A DNA stretch of 59,038 bases, the filler included, from Circinaria calcarea (taxonomy: Eukaryota): the NCBI GenBank assembly GCA_051942165.1. It is 3 parts of 3 records of this genome, joined end to end, with 100 filler letters (N's around TTAATTAATTAA, not from the genome) between each part and the next. Parts side by side here need not be neighbours in the genome. Positions count along the whole stretch, not along the records: positions 19,723 to 39,343 come from JAVECS010000199.1; 2 more parts are not named here. One strand, 5' to 3'. The notes under the pieces are model-generated. The model ran no database searches. It saw only the letters and a list, made by a program, of their open reading frames with translations, and was not told the DNA's origin. Shown piece after piece: positions 24,498 to 37,828 of the stretch (positions are counted from its first letter, which is position 1; every line of letters begins with the position of its first letter). The translations under genes and the position numbers were made by a program.

Positions 24498-26016
24498 TTA
24501 GTCAAGGCGAGCCATCATCTCCTCCTTCGTCATCGGCACCAAAGCATCGAGATCCAGCCCTTTGGACAAGAGGGCCTTGCGGGCATGGGCCGGGACAAGG
24601 CGGTTGTTCATGTCCGGAGCAATAGATAACTCTAAACTAAGATTAGCGACGACGAGATAATGCACGAATCCACTACATACCATGCCGAGAGAAATTGAAG
24701 AGTTCCGGCAACTCCTTTGAAGTACCACTAGGATGACGGGAATCGGGAAATCGACAAGTCGGGTCGCGGAGTTCGTCAAAGAACGGATGGCACATGGCTT
24801 CGATAGCAGAGAGGCGCTGCGTAGGCGTATATTCGAGCAGCGCCGCAATGAGGTCAATTGCCTCTGGCGATGCCTTACGAAATACCTATTCGACAGTTCA
24901 GTACAATTCCTTACGAACCCACGAAGCGTGGCGTACCTTGTTGAATGGATGTGGCTTGATTTGAGGAAACTTATGTTCCATGTAGTTAGGGTTCATTGTA
25001 CGAATCTGCTCTCGCGTAGGTGTGCCAAGAACTTTGATGATTTCGACCAACTGATCAATGCCCGACTCGCCGGGAAATAAGGGTTGGCCCAGCATTAACT
25101 CTGCCATGACGCATCCAGTGGACCAGACATCTGATTCCAATCAGTGTCAAAACACCTGTGACGGGGGCAGTATGGAAGAACCTACCGATCTTAGTCGTGT
25201 AGTTTGTTGCTCCAAAGATAAGCTCAGGAGCTCGGTAGTAGCGCGAACAAATGTACGACACGTTGGGTTCGTTCTCGACTAAGATCTTAGCGCTACCAAA
25301 GTCACAGAGCTTCAAAACGCCCGTATTGGGATCGAGCAGGAGATTCTGTGGCTTGATATCTCTATGGCAGATACCTTGAGAATGGATGTACGCTAACGAG
25401 CGGAACAGCTGGTAGATGTAAATCTTGATCTCCAAGATTGGCATGGTTGTCTTCATCTTGTTGAAGAAACGTGACGCCCGGTACACAGTCTCGGGGACGA
25501 ATTCTAGAACCAAGTTGAGGTACACTTCGTCTTTCTGAACCGACGACTCATCTGTCAGTGCGCTACCCCCAATCAGGCCAAGATATACACAATGCTTACA
25601 CGCTCTCCATTGGAATAGTAGAAGGCTTTGAGTTCAACAATATTCGGATGTCTCACAATACGCATAATCTGCAGTTCACGATTCTATACAATGCACTGTC
25701 AGTATCAAAAACGAGATGCTAGTATACGCTACTCACCTTAAAACGCTTGTCTTGCAATACTCTCTTGATAGCCGCGTCTTCTCCATTTGGTGAGAGTTTG
25801 GTCTGGAATACCACACCGAAAGATCCATTTCCTACAATCTTACACTGGGTGTATTGCATTTCTTTGGTCTCGCCAGTCAAACCATCCTGTACCTTTTCGC
25901 GGATGACTTCTAAGACTTCTGTCAATTTTCCATACGAACTGCTGTGGAGTATTTGCTTCCTGCTCACCTCCCATACGCAAGCTTGAAAACGCCGCGGGTC
26001 GGTTGCTCGAGGACAT
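24498..26016 (-). CDS. GSK3: Glycogen synthase kinase 3 (Rim11/Mds1-like), multi-exon
   Basis: [78 protein letters not shown]. Confidence 0.97.
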
Positions 26017-28975
26017 CTTGGATGATTCAAAACAACTAGGTCTTACTGAGTGATTGCTATCGAGAATATGGAGGACTCGAGTTGAGAGTTTGATGGCCGG
26101 ATATAGGAGTTGTAGTTAGGTCCGTGGTGGCGGATATGAAAGCTTTGGGAGTTACGGCAGGATGAAATGACGGAAGTTGAGTCTTCTTGAAGATACTTCG
26201 TGAACAATGCGTGCGCAGGTCACCGAGCCACTAGTAAGTCAGGAGTGATTTTGGGGATTGTTGCGGCCGGAGCAGTTCCAAATCCAAAGGAACGGAGTGA
26301 AATGAGGCTACTTAGGATACCCCAGGATATTGGGGAGGTGTGAAGACGGCGAAAAGCCAAAAAAGCGCGAACGCACGACAGTCGTTGAAGCTCCGGCGGC
26401 AGACTCTTGATGAATACACACGGTTGAAGGATGCTCGAACCACAGTGAATGTTGATCACGGAGTAACAGACTAGCCTGCGTGCGGTGTCGTGAAAGTTTC
26501 CTGCACCCCGAGAACCGACTGATGGTCAGAGGAGAGGATCCAATCGCCTACGCTGCGTGTACTCCACAGCAAATCTGCCGCGGATTGCTTTTCGTGGTAC
26601 AACGTCGAACTCGGTCTACAGTAGGTCAGACGGCCGTACCACCGAAGTACAAGGCTGGCTCAACTTGCGCGCCCCGTCCGAATGGCAATAGAGACCTGCG
26701 TCTTGACTACCAGCGCCCTGCTAGAGAATGGACGATGCGAGGCGGACACCCACAGCAAGCCACCCTCGGGAAAAGGAGTGTCGAGGCGATTGGGCGGGTC
26801 CTTGGACGGATTGGGTGAAGGAGTGTCAGGGACGGTGACGGTGAGGGGGGGCCGGTGAGGGATAAGTAGATAAGTGTATGTTTGGGAGCTCGAGAGAGGA
26901 GACAGAAGGAGAAGAAGGTGGTGGTAGGTTATGATGATGAGTGGTTTACGGGGAGCGACTAATAACACCCTCTGCCTGCAAAAGCTCTGAGGGGAAAAAG
27001 GTTTCGGTTAGTAGCGCTCTCGTGACCATTTCTCGAATAGTCCCAATGGGCTTAGACCGCGTCAAGTGGCTCGAGCCGTCACAGTTCTCATGATGCTCCC
27101 ACTCAAAGGGGGCCGGGGGAACGTAATGGCCGGTGGTGGAGATATCAAATGGTGTTGTTCGCTCTGGTTCGCGCGTTACATTACGGAGTTCCAGGAACTT
27201 GTGGTATCTGGAGAGGGCAAGAAGAGTGATGCATGCGGTCGTCTCGTGGAGGGTCCGGGGCTCAAGGGGAAGGGGGAGCCTGTCGGGCGATTGAAATAGA
27301 GTCAGGGGAGTTACCTACGGCTCTGTACTCCGTAGCCATCTTGTAATTAGCGAACCGTCACTCGCTGCATGACATTTGCACCAGCTGACGAGGAGCAGAA
27401 TCGGGGCGGGATGGGAGATGAATGCCAGGATGCCGGCGGGAGCGATCATTGGTCGTCAAGGAGCCAGGTACACCTTCTAAAGTACTCTGGTATATATTGG
27501 CTCCACGCTACGGCCAAGGTACCTCTTCGCTGCAGTTCATGCACGCCGTCTTCCCAATTCTCCAATGTCCCCCCGTCGGCCACGGCAACACTGAGAGTTT
27601 GTACAACCATCTACCAGCTGAAAAACGCAGGCTCGACAGCCGATCATGCCGGCATACTATAGATGAAAGGTGGGTCCGGTCGGGGACTCTCTGCTTGAGA
27701 ACCTGAATATGGGCCTATTATTTTCCACTTCGAATTGAACGACATGTTGAGTATCTGGTTTTATTTAAAAACTGACCTGGTCCGCAGCAGGCGCAGAGAA
27801 TCCAATCATCGGCCCACCACTGCATGCACGACGAGCCAATGCACCTCCCCTCCCACTCTCACCCCACCGCCCATCGCCCACCTACCACAGCAATGGATAC
27901 GAATCGCTCGATGCACGTTACGCACCGTGCAAGATGCAGATGTCAGCCTACAACTGCAACTCGACAGATTGGCTCCTAGGAGAATGTCCACTTGGGTTCC
28001 GTGCAGTGCCACCAAGGCAACCTGATATCATCTGACCCCAATTTATTGGAGTCGTACCACCGATTTGCACCCGACAAAGGATGCTGGCGACGCCATCAGA
28101 TTGGGATTGATTGTGGGAGGTGACCAACGTGCGTCTTATTAGTGTCCTCCAGCACAAGCGGATTTGGTTTTCATCTAAAAAAATGTGCGACAGATCTTGT
28201 CAGAGGTCCACATCGATAGGTACCCCGTAGATGGTTATATTGCTGTTCTCTCATTCATGTGCTGCCGAACTAACCGTTCTCTCGGTCTCGTGCCGATACT
28301 CTGCCCACCAAGTGGGAAGTCTACATTTTCGTTCCTGAGAATCAGCCGGCGTGCAGATTTAGCCTCAACAATTAAACTGCCCGTTACCGTACCAGGGCAA
28401 CGGCTAATGCCGCCAGCACGGGGACCAGTCCCTGTTCATCATCATCACCACCATATGATAGTTTACCAACTGTAAAATACACAAAGATCAGGTCTCCACT
28501 CTCCGCGCTTGTCCCAGCTACTATGGCCAAGAGCAAATACCTACACGTACACAACCCAGGAGGATTGTCTAGCCCGCACAAGGCATGGCATCGAGTGCCA
28601 AAGGCGTCCATTAGACATCACCGGCTTGCAGACAGAAGCTATTCTCATCAACCGCTAGTCATATTTCACCCTCGCCTCCTATATATAATTACACAATGCA
28701 CAAGATCCCCATGTGACCCGAGAATCCGTTTTCGCTCCATCGCAAACGCTGGAGGAAATCTAAAAACACATTCGATGATGCCCTGCGCCCGCCATGATAG
28801 AACAAACATTGCTCGTGAAGAGAGAAATGCTATGCACAGGCTGCTCATCAGGAATGATCGGTAACAAGACAGTCGGAGAAGAGTGGTGGTGGTGCGGAGT
28901 GACGAGCAGTCACGGAAGAAGGCAGCATAGATGTGTGTACGGCCGTTATGGGCCCGCGGCGTCGACCTTCGGTAC

Positions 28976-30185
28976 TCAGTATGGCGGTAGAGGCGCCGTG
29001 GAGCCTGCAGTCCTCTCTTGCTGCTCCATAATCTCTTCACTCTGCGCTTCCATCGACACCGCCAGCCCGATTTTGGCTTGTTGCTAGAATTAGAGATTGT
29101 GGTCAGCCAGACGCAGATGTCATTTCCGACGGGTATTGAAGCATAGTGGTAATAGTATCTACGAACCTTGAAATGATCGAGCTCCCCCGCAAAAGTCAAC
29201 TGCACAACCGGAGCCACTCTCTTTTCCCAGAGGCAGCTTAATCGCCCCGAGCTGTCGACCTGTGCTCTCATGGTAGAACCCCTGAAGTCATACTTGACCC
29301 CTAAAGTCGTAGCCCCTTCTTTCCGTACTCCACTGCCCATCAAACCGCCTCTACCGCCCATTCCAGGCTGAAACTGTAAATTGAGATCCACTCCGGCCTC
29401 AACTTTATCAGTTAATATCCGCCAATAAGACGTACTTATTTTGCCCTGCGCTTGAAGCTGTGCACTGCCAATCCAATCATTTCCTTTGTACCTGGCACAA
29501 TATGAAACTGCGGTCTCTGGGCCGGTATTCATTGCCCCTCGCTGCCAAACTGCCTCCAGTCCAACGGCAAGACTTGGAGTTACAGATTGAAGATAGCTAC
29601 CAATGATTATACCGGTCAAGCCCCCTTCCAGAAATGATGGGTTTAGGGACTTGACGGACGCGGTAAAGTCACTGCCCGTGTAGTCGTTTTCAATCTGTAG
29701 CATCGCCTGGCTTGATCCGGGTGGTATTTGCGCATTGGTCTTTGTGACAAAGGCATTTGTCCACCGGTAATTTGCGCTTGCCCCAAGCTGGCCGTCGTTA
29801 TCAATGCTGGCTCGAAGAAAGACCTTTGACCAGCGTTAATTCGAGTCGACAGCATACTTAGGTAGACAAATACCTTCGGCGTCCCATATACAGTTGCCAG
29901 GGAGTATGGCGGCAGAGTCTGGCATCCCATGGAAAAGGCATGGGAGACATGGAAGAGTGGTGACGCGCTCAGGACTCTCATCAGGTCGGCACGCAATCCT
30001 GTAAACATGAAATTCGTGAGGAAGACATCCTTCTGTACTTCCCGAGCGATATTATCCACCGTTCCCGGGTTTGACAGTCCCAGTGCCTCCCTTCGTTTTG
30101 AAAAAGATCGATAGGTGTCTCGTACGGCTGCTACGACTGCATTCTCTGTGAAGAGCCCTATCGTATTAACCTTTTCCTCCGCCAT
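28976..30185 (-). CDS. TOM40: Mitochondrial outer-membrane import channel Tom40, 3 exons
   Basis: [86 protein letters not shown]. Confidence 0.96.
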
Positions 30186-30797
30186 TATAAGGATGTGATG
30201 AGCTTCAGTGGATTGTGGGGTGGTGAATAAGGCCACTTCGTGCAGGAAAACTGCGCCTGGGCTTTTCGAGAGGATGGCGAAGAGTTTACGCGGTGCTCTG
30301 GCCTGCACAATGAGCTGCAAATACGATATCCAAAAATTTAATTAGGGAGGTTCGGAGTCTAGCATGACATGAACGGTCGGTTCAGGCCACCGTATCGCTA
30401 GCGGGCACTCGGGTGTCCAAGCGCTGGTGTAGGTTTTGTCTATCGATAAGCACCACCGGTGATTGCGTCCTCTTCCTGCCCTTCATCAACTTTACATCCC
30501 AACATCGCTTCATGGCGCTGTAGAGTGTTTTTGGTGCTATCCCTCTCAGAATCTGGAGACGGGGAATGGGAAGTAGTCGTACTTGCGTCTGAGTCTGGTT
30601 CCTGTATCTACAAGTGCTCAAGTCTTTCCTTACCTATGTTCCTTAATCTTTAGCAACTTTTCTCCGCTTCTGTGAACTCCTTTGATTAAAAAGATACCTG
30701 CTTTCCACTTTATCTATTGAGGATACAGAAAAGCTTTTCTCCCAGCCGCATTGAATGAAAACTGTTGCAATAGGGTCCCGGGCACAAGTTTTAGACC

Positions 30798-33151
30798 ATG
30801 GACACCCTACTGTGAGTGATTTTGTTAAAAAGTAACACCGGTCATGCTGGCGTCCACGGCCGTTTTTGGTTTCCATGATAGCAGATTGCGCCAGGACTCA
30901 CCGTGATCACAGTACCGCAGAGATCGCGGCCAAGACTCCCCGCTTCCGGCGGAGGTCAAGTACTTTCGTCGATGCGATCCATGACCTGCCAGAGCGAGTC
31001 GAGATGGCGCCAGCCCAGTTATACAGCACGGAATCTGGGCGGCTATTCCATTCAGGCAAGATTGCGATTGCCACTGTCGGCCTGCCCGCAAGAGGGAAGA
31101 CGTATGTACTTCAAAAAGTTCGGTAACACATCTGGGCGGCTGATCAAACCTGCTACCAGACACATATCAGTGGCTTTAGCAAGATACCTAAGATGGTACG
31201 TGCAGACCGCAACTGAAGAATACCCCTTTGGAAGTGTGCTCCCTGACACAGATTCCAACCAGGCTTGGAGTCAAGACACGAGTATTCCACTTGGGAGACT
31301 ACCGTCGAGCGACCGTGGGACCTGGGCAGGATATTCCAGAAGATTATTTCTTCATTAATGGTAAGATATCCGGAAGCTTGTTGACGATATGCTAGAGTCA
31401 GGATTGTTAATCGCGAATATGTTCTGAGAGCCTTCGGCAAACCCTTGCATGTATACTACGGAGTTACAGGCCCCCCGACACGGACGATGGGTGTTTGCTA
31501 TCCTGCGTTGTTTGAAACTGACGAAATCTCTGGTGCATTAGCAAGCGCATCCTCTGTACTTCTTCGCCAGAAGATCTTGAGGAAATGTCGTGAGGATATC
31601 TATCACTTCTTTGATCACGAAAATGGGCAAATCGCCATTTATGACGCAGTAAACCCTTTGGCTGCTGGACGAAGATCTCTAGCTAAAGAATTCTCCAAGC
31701 ACGATGTAAAGGTATAAACTCTCAATCCAACTGTTGGCGTTTATATCTTCCAGCATATGGCAAATGCAGATCTGTTGACGGTAGGAATTTGCGACAGACG
31801 TTATTCATTGAATCTGCGTGTGACGACGAAAAGATTATCGAAGAAAACGTGCGAAGTGTCAAGATCTCCTCTCCTGATGTTTGTTTATCTGTTGTCTTCG
31901 CATCTTATTCAAGCTGACAATACTCAGTATGTCGGATGGTCGTCGGACGATGCAGTAAAGCATTACCTTACCAGGCTGAATGCAAAGATACCCCACTTTG
32001 AGACGATGGAAGAACCAGAGCTGAATTATATCAAAGTATGGCCCACATTAGACCGTTGACGCTGTTGGCAACATCAATTCACTCCAGCTGAGTTGTAACT
32101 AACAACGAGCATCCTGTAGATGATCAATGCTGGGGAAAGACTGACTATCAATAATTGTACTTTCGGTTACTTATCCCATCGGATAGTGTTCTATCTTTTG
32201 AACTTGCATATCAAGTCAAGGCATACATACTTCGCACGGGTAAGTTAGTCATAGGCCTCTTTGCGCCGGCACCCACTGATAATTGTTAATTAGGCTGGCA
32301 CATCGAGAGAAGAGGACTCATACAAAACAGACGCAGTCCTTTCAGAGCAAGGGATCGAGTATGCCAAGAACATGACAGAGACATTGATCATGCACAGGGA
32401 AGAGGAGAGGCAGGCCTTGATTGCTCGAGGGGGGCCTGCAACACCATTGAAGACGTTAACAGTATGGACTTCGACACGTCGCAGGACCGTGGAGACCGCT
32501 CAATTCTTTTATGAAAAGGGATATAGGGTACGCCAGAGATCGCAAATGAGCCAACTCAATCCAGGGGTATGTGAGAAAATGTCAGAGCGACGTATTCGGG
32601 CAGAATTTCCGGAAGAGGTGGCAAAACATGAGGCCGATCCTTACCACCATCGGTACCCACGTGCAGAGGTAAATCGAAAGCCTCACTTTAGCAACATCAC
32701 TAATGGTGATTAGTCATACCATGATCTAGCCGTGCGCCTGGAACCGATCATTCTGGAGCTCGAGCGTGAACAAAACGACCTGCTGATTATCGCGCATGAA
32801 AGCGTCCTCCGCGTGCTCTATGGGTATTTGATGGCATGCAATGCCACCGATATTCCAGCTCTATCTTTTCCCAGAAACGAAATCATCGAGATCATCCCGG
32901 CAAGCTACAACAACGAAGCGAGTCGGATCACAATACCTAATCTACCCCAGGACATGATCCCACCTTCGCCCGAAGATCTTCAAATACCAGTTCCGCCAAG
33001 TGGAGTGGTGACACCAATGAACGGCCTAGGCACACCTCAAACCGGAGCTGGAACCCCTGGCATTCGGCTGGGATCACCTAGTGAAAACGCAACGCCCTTC
33101 GAGCCCGGCCTTGGTACACAACTTCTAGTGGAGAGAGCACTCAGGGGTTAA
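30798..33151 (+). CDS. 6-phosphofructo-2-kinase/fructose-2,6-bisphosphatase-like protein (YLR345W-type), about 10 exons
   Basis: Micro-exon MDTL joined to TAEIAAKTPRFRRRSSTF; P-loop VGLPARGKT; IAIYDAVN; phosphatase-like half FARAG, WTSTRRRT, RYPRAESYHDL, IIAHESV. Confidence 0.92.
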
Positions 33152-33998
33152 GTTACCGACGTATATGCGGTATAGGTACTCATATCCTTAGATAGGAGAT
33201 GAGATCATTGAGTAATATAGCAACTTTGGACATTTAGCAACATTGTAGAGTCAAGCGAAACAAACTGTTGGAACTTTCTCATAGCGAAGGCTGCAGTACC
33301 TGATGGGATAAAGCCTAGCCCCCATGCAGCGTGGAGACGAATAAGATATTGTCGCCTTGCTGTATTTGATAGTTTTCGCCCCCTTCTAGTTCCCAATCTG
33401 CGTCATTGATGAGCACAAGGATGCCGGGGCGCCTCGTTGATATCAGTCTCCCTTGTACTCATATAATAATGTTTGTAGAACGCTTACACTGCGCCGTCAA
33501 GTAGGAACATGTCTTTCCTATGGCCTTTCATCACGTGGTCGCAAAGAAAGCGTACCAAGAAGCCTATGTCTGCTGGGCGTCCATTGTCGCTTTTCGAGGG
33601 CATGGTAACATCGTGTTTTCGCTGATTGGCAAATAACATCTCGAGACCTCCCCTGGGTAACCTAAGTAAAAGGGCATGGGCATGTTTAGTTACAGCGGGG
33701 CAACAAACGTGAATTCGACCGCGATAGTCATGTCAATTCGAGCCACCTGGTTCGGCGTCTCATCACCTTCCATCTTCCCCCAGGATTGAAATAAGGAGCC
33801 TGTCTTATGGAACTGGATGAGGTCTTGCAAAGGGCCATCGGCGGTTAGTGGCCGCCGTGTACCGGGCCGAGAGCTCGCTGGGAACCGAGAACCGACAATT
33901 CGGTGTGCCGGTAAACTCGACGTCGAAAGTCTAGTCCTATGCCATGCTCGATGATACCCAAAGTCATCGCTCAATCGAAGTCGGCCGATGCTGGGTCG

Positions 33999-36561
33999 AT
34001 GGAGGTTACTACGGAGTATATTGCGGCTGGTGGCAATCGGCATCCTGCAGCAGCCGACTGGGATTCGATCAGCGGCCTGGTTGCATTCGGTTCCGATAGA
34101 AATGTTGCGTTATGGAGACCTTTGGTTGGCAACACCCTCCAACAGAAAAGTGCTTCATACGTACTAATTGTGTAGACAGAGTGACGAGCATAGAGGGGTA
34201 GAGTCTCTGCTTTCAGGTCACGCAGATAAAGTGAATGCTGTCCGATTCTTCCCTGGCAGTCTGAAAAATACCAATGTAGTCCTAAGTGGTTCCGTTGATC
34301 AGACCATACGAGTCTGGCGTTTTGCTACAGACTGGCCTGAGGGCTATGAAAACGCAGCCGTTTTGGAGGGTCATACCGGTTCTGTCAACTGCATTGCAGT
34401 GTTGGCTGGAAGCAATGTTATCGCTTCCGGAGCAGCTGATGCTACCATCAGGATATGGACGTTAAATGCTTCGGAGACCAGTGTGGGCGTGGAATTGTTG
34501 CAAACCATTAAACTCAGTCCTCGATTCTTTCCTTTGGCACTAGCTCTGGACCATTTGGGCACGTTTGGCGCATTCATCCTCGCTGTTGGCGGTACGAAGA
34601 GTCTTGTTCAGATATATATCGCAGGAGAAAAAGAACAGACTGCTACGTTTGGTCTCCAGGCAATCTTGCCTGGCCACGAAGGCTGGATTCGATCTCTCGA
34701 TTTTGTAGCAGAGGACTTTCTGGGATGTAATGATCTACTCTTGGCGTCTGCAAGTCAAGATAAATATATTCGGCTCTGGCGTGTGCATGAGGCAAGAGAA
34801 CAACCGACAGTTGGCTCTGTGCTGAGAACGCCTGGCAAGTTACTCTCAAACAAAGATCATCAGTTCAAAGCGGCTGGAGTTCCGTACTCCCTCACATTTG
34901 AAGCACTACTTTTGGGTCACGAAGATTGGATATACACGGTGTCATGGAAGCGAAGCGTAGGAAGATTAGAGCTGCTCTCGGCTTCAGCAGATAACTCGTT
35001 GGCAATTTGGGAAGCAGACAAAACCTCTGGCATATGGATATGCACAACGCGTCTAGGCGAGATTAGCGCACAAAAGGGTTCGACGACAGCAACGGGTAGT
35101 ACTGGTGGTTTCTGGATAGGCCTTTGGTCTTCTGATGGCGCTTCTATCCTAAGCCTTGGAAGGACCGGCAGCTGGAGATTCTGGAAACGTGATAGTGTTG
35201 AAGACCGCTGGGTTCAAAGTCTTGGCATAAGCGGTCACGTTAAGAACGTGAAAGGCATTGCTTGGGCAAAGGACGGAGCGTATCTTCTATCTACTTCTTC
35301 AGATCAAACGACGAGGTTACACGCGGAATGGAAACGTAAGGCAAAGCGATCATGGCACGAATTTGCAAGACCACAGATCCATGGCTACGATCTAAATTGT
35401 GTGGACACTTTTCGGCATTCGCAATTCATATCGGGGGCAGACGAGAAACTACTTCGTGTGTTCGACGAGCCGAGAGCCGTTGCTGATATTCTAGAGAGGC
35501 TTTCTGGGACCGGCAGCAGCTCCCACCAGCATATGGCCGATGCTGCGAACATTCCGGTGCTGGGTCTATCCAACAAAGCCGTGGGACTCCTGGACGATGA
35601 CGAAGACCTCGTTCCCAGCGCGGGGACCGACCACCTCGAGGCTCCAGATCCGATTTCGGACCTTCGCAAGTTCACTCTCCCTAACCACCATCCACCACTC
35701 GAAGACCAATTAGCTAGACACACCCTGTGGCCAGAGCGAGAGAAACTCTACGGCCACGGATACGAGATCTCAACAGTAGCAGCGAGTCACAACGGGTCGG
35801 TGGTTGCGACGGCTTGCAAAGCTAGCTCAATAGAGCATGCGGCGATCCGTCTCTACGACACTCGGCAATGGCGCGAGGTCAGGGCACCGATGCTTGTGCA
35901 CTCACTGACTGTCACATGCTTACGCTTCTCCGAAGATGACCAGTTCTTACTCAGTGCCGGTCGAGATCGGCAGTTGGCTGTCTTTATAAGGAATGACGAC
36001 AGCCCGCAGACTTATGCATTGCAATGCCAGAACCCGAAAGCGCATTCGAGGATGATCCTTGGGGCTGCATGGGCTCCGCTCCTCGCCGGGAGATCATTCG
36101 CTACTGCAGGAAGAGATAAATATGTGAAGCTATGGCGGTTGCAGGACGCGAATTTGCATTGCAAGGGAACAATCGGTGTGTCTTCGTCGGTCACGAGTAT
36201 TGACTTCAGTCCCGTAACGGTCGGGAATACGTTGATTCTTGCAGTTGGAACCGAGACGGGTGGCCTGTTTCTTCACAGCCTGGATGCTTCGACGCTATCT
36301 ATGCGAGCGTCACACAACGTGGATTCCAGGTAAGCAGTTCTCATGCTTGCGAGCTACTGGAAGGCTTCTAATCCACCCTTTAGACATTATCCATCACTGG
36401 CGATCAGCCAGATTTCTTGGCGGCCCCCAGTTGCAGGTCGAACGAAGGACGACGCTGGTGAAAATCAGACAGACGAACCGGTCATGAGTCTCGCTGTGGC
36501 TAGCGAGGACGGTTCTTTGAGGATATTGTCGTTTAAATCAACATCTGTACCCATGAAATAA
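33999..36561 (+). CDS. ELP2: Elongator complex subunit Elp2 (WD40), 3 exons
   Basis: EYIAAGGNRHPAAADW, GHEGWIRSL, ASASQDKYIRLW, FEALLLGHEDWI, WHEFARPQIHGYD, TLWPEREKLYGHGYE. Confidence 0.96.
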
Positions 36562-36647
36562 TCTACTTGAAAAGCTTCACATCTTCAATCAATGTGAGGC
36601 GAGGGGTTATTGCGTATTGAAACGCATGCAGCCCGGTGACGCCGTTG

Positions 36648-37580
36648 CTATGTCCTCTTCTCGCTCCCATAGCCCCCTTTCCCATCAAGATTCTCGTATG
36701 TTTTCCCTTCGCTGGCTCTCCCACCCCTGGGACCTCTCTCCATCAGATCATCCTTCAACCATTCTAGCACCAGCTCACCAAGTTGACTATTCCCACTATT
36801 CCTGATGCCACCCACATCAAACTTCTCCATGCTGCCCCATTCCTTCACCCGACCTAGATGCATATGCACCAGGTGCGAAGGCCACTGCGCCAGGTTGTCC
36901 AAGATATGTGTGGCGTACACGATGGTGCAGGCCCGTAGCTCCGTTTCTCTTCTCAGGAAGCCTAAGAAGTTACTCCGGCTCAACAAATCCAGATCCACCG
37001 TTATTTCATCCAGAAGAAGCACCGACCACGGCCTCAGCAGACCCATGGCCAGTTGTACTCTTCGCCTCTCCCCATCACTAACGGCATGCATCCGCCACGC
37101 TAGGTCGATGTCCAGAATGCGAACCAGCTCATCGCGTCGATCGGAGTAGTAATTCCCTCCGACCGAAGCAAGGAGCGTGGGAACATCGATATCTGTTCGG
37201 ACAATAGGATTCAAGACCCACTCCAACCCCAGATAGGTCACACCTTCGAGTCCGTCCTTGAAAGGGTCAACGCCCGCGATGCTGACGGTGCCAGTGGGAG
37301 CGAGCCTTTTGCCGGAGAGGAGACGGAGAAGGGTCGTTTTACCGGCTCCGTTGGCTGTGCGATTGCATTAGGGCCTGCAATTCCAGTAGACAGGGGCAGA
37401 ACTCGGAGGCAGATCAATACGAATCTCTTACTGACCGCCAATCAACAGGGTCCGGCTGCCGGGAGGAAGATTAAGGATCACGTTATGGAGACCAGGAGAG
37501 CCATCCGCGAAGGCATAAGAGAGTGACTTGACATCGATTGAAGGGGCCGAGCCTTCTGAGACGCCATTGGTGTTGGCCAT
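36648..37580 (-). CDS. CAF16: Soluble ABC ATPase Caf16-like, 2 exons
   Basis: Walker [10 protein letters not shown] (across intron), [34 protein letters not shown]; no transmembrane domain. Confidence 0.9.
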
Positions 37581-37828
37581 TGCAATACCTGCCGATAGAA
37601 CTCTGTGACGAATTTGGACAGTTATTGAGTATCAGTTAAATGAAGGTGATATAGATTAACGGAGCTCCAAGTGGTCCGTCGCCCACGGGTTCATCCGAAG
37701 TTGACCCTGCGCTCATCCATCAGCCCTACCGCACGCACCTTTGTACCTTCCTACGTTACGGAGTATCATAATCGGCGCCATAAACAAAAGTTTGTCACGC
37801 GGGCGGCGTACGAGGAGGAACACTATGG

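Noticed and set aside
27317..27337. TACTCCGTA motif and small inverted repeat (also near 45429 and 49314)
   Set aside because: Common short intergenic motif in filamentous ascomycetes; nothing locus-specific.
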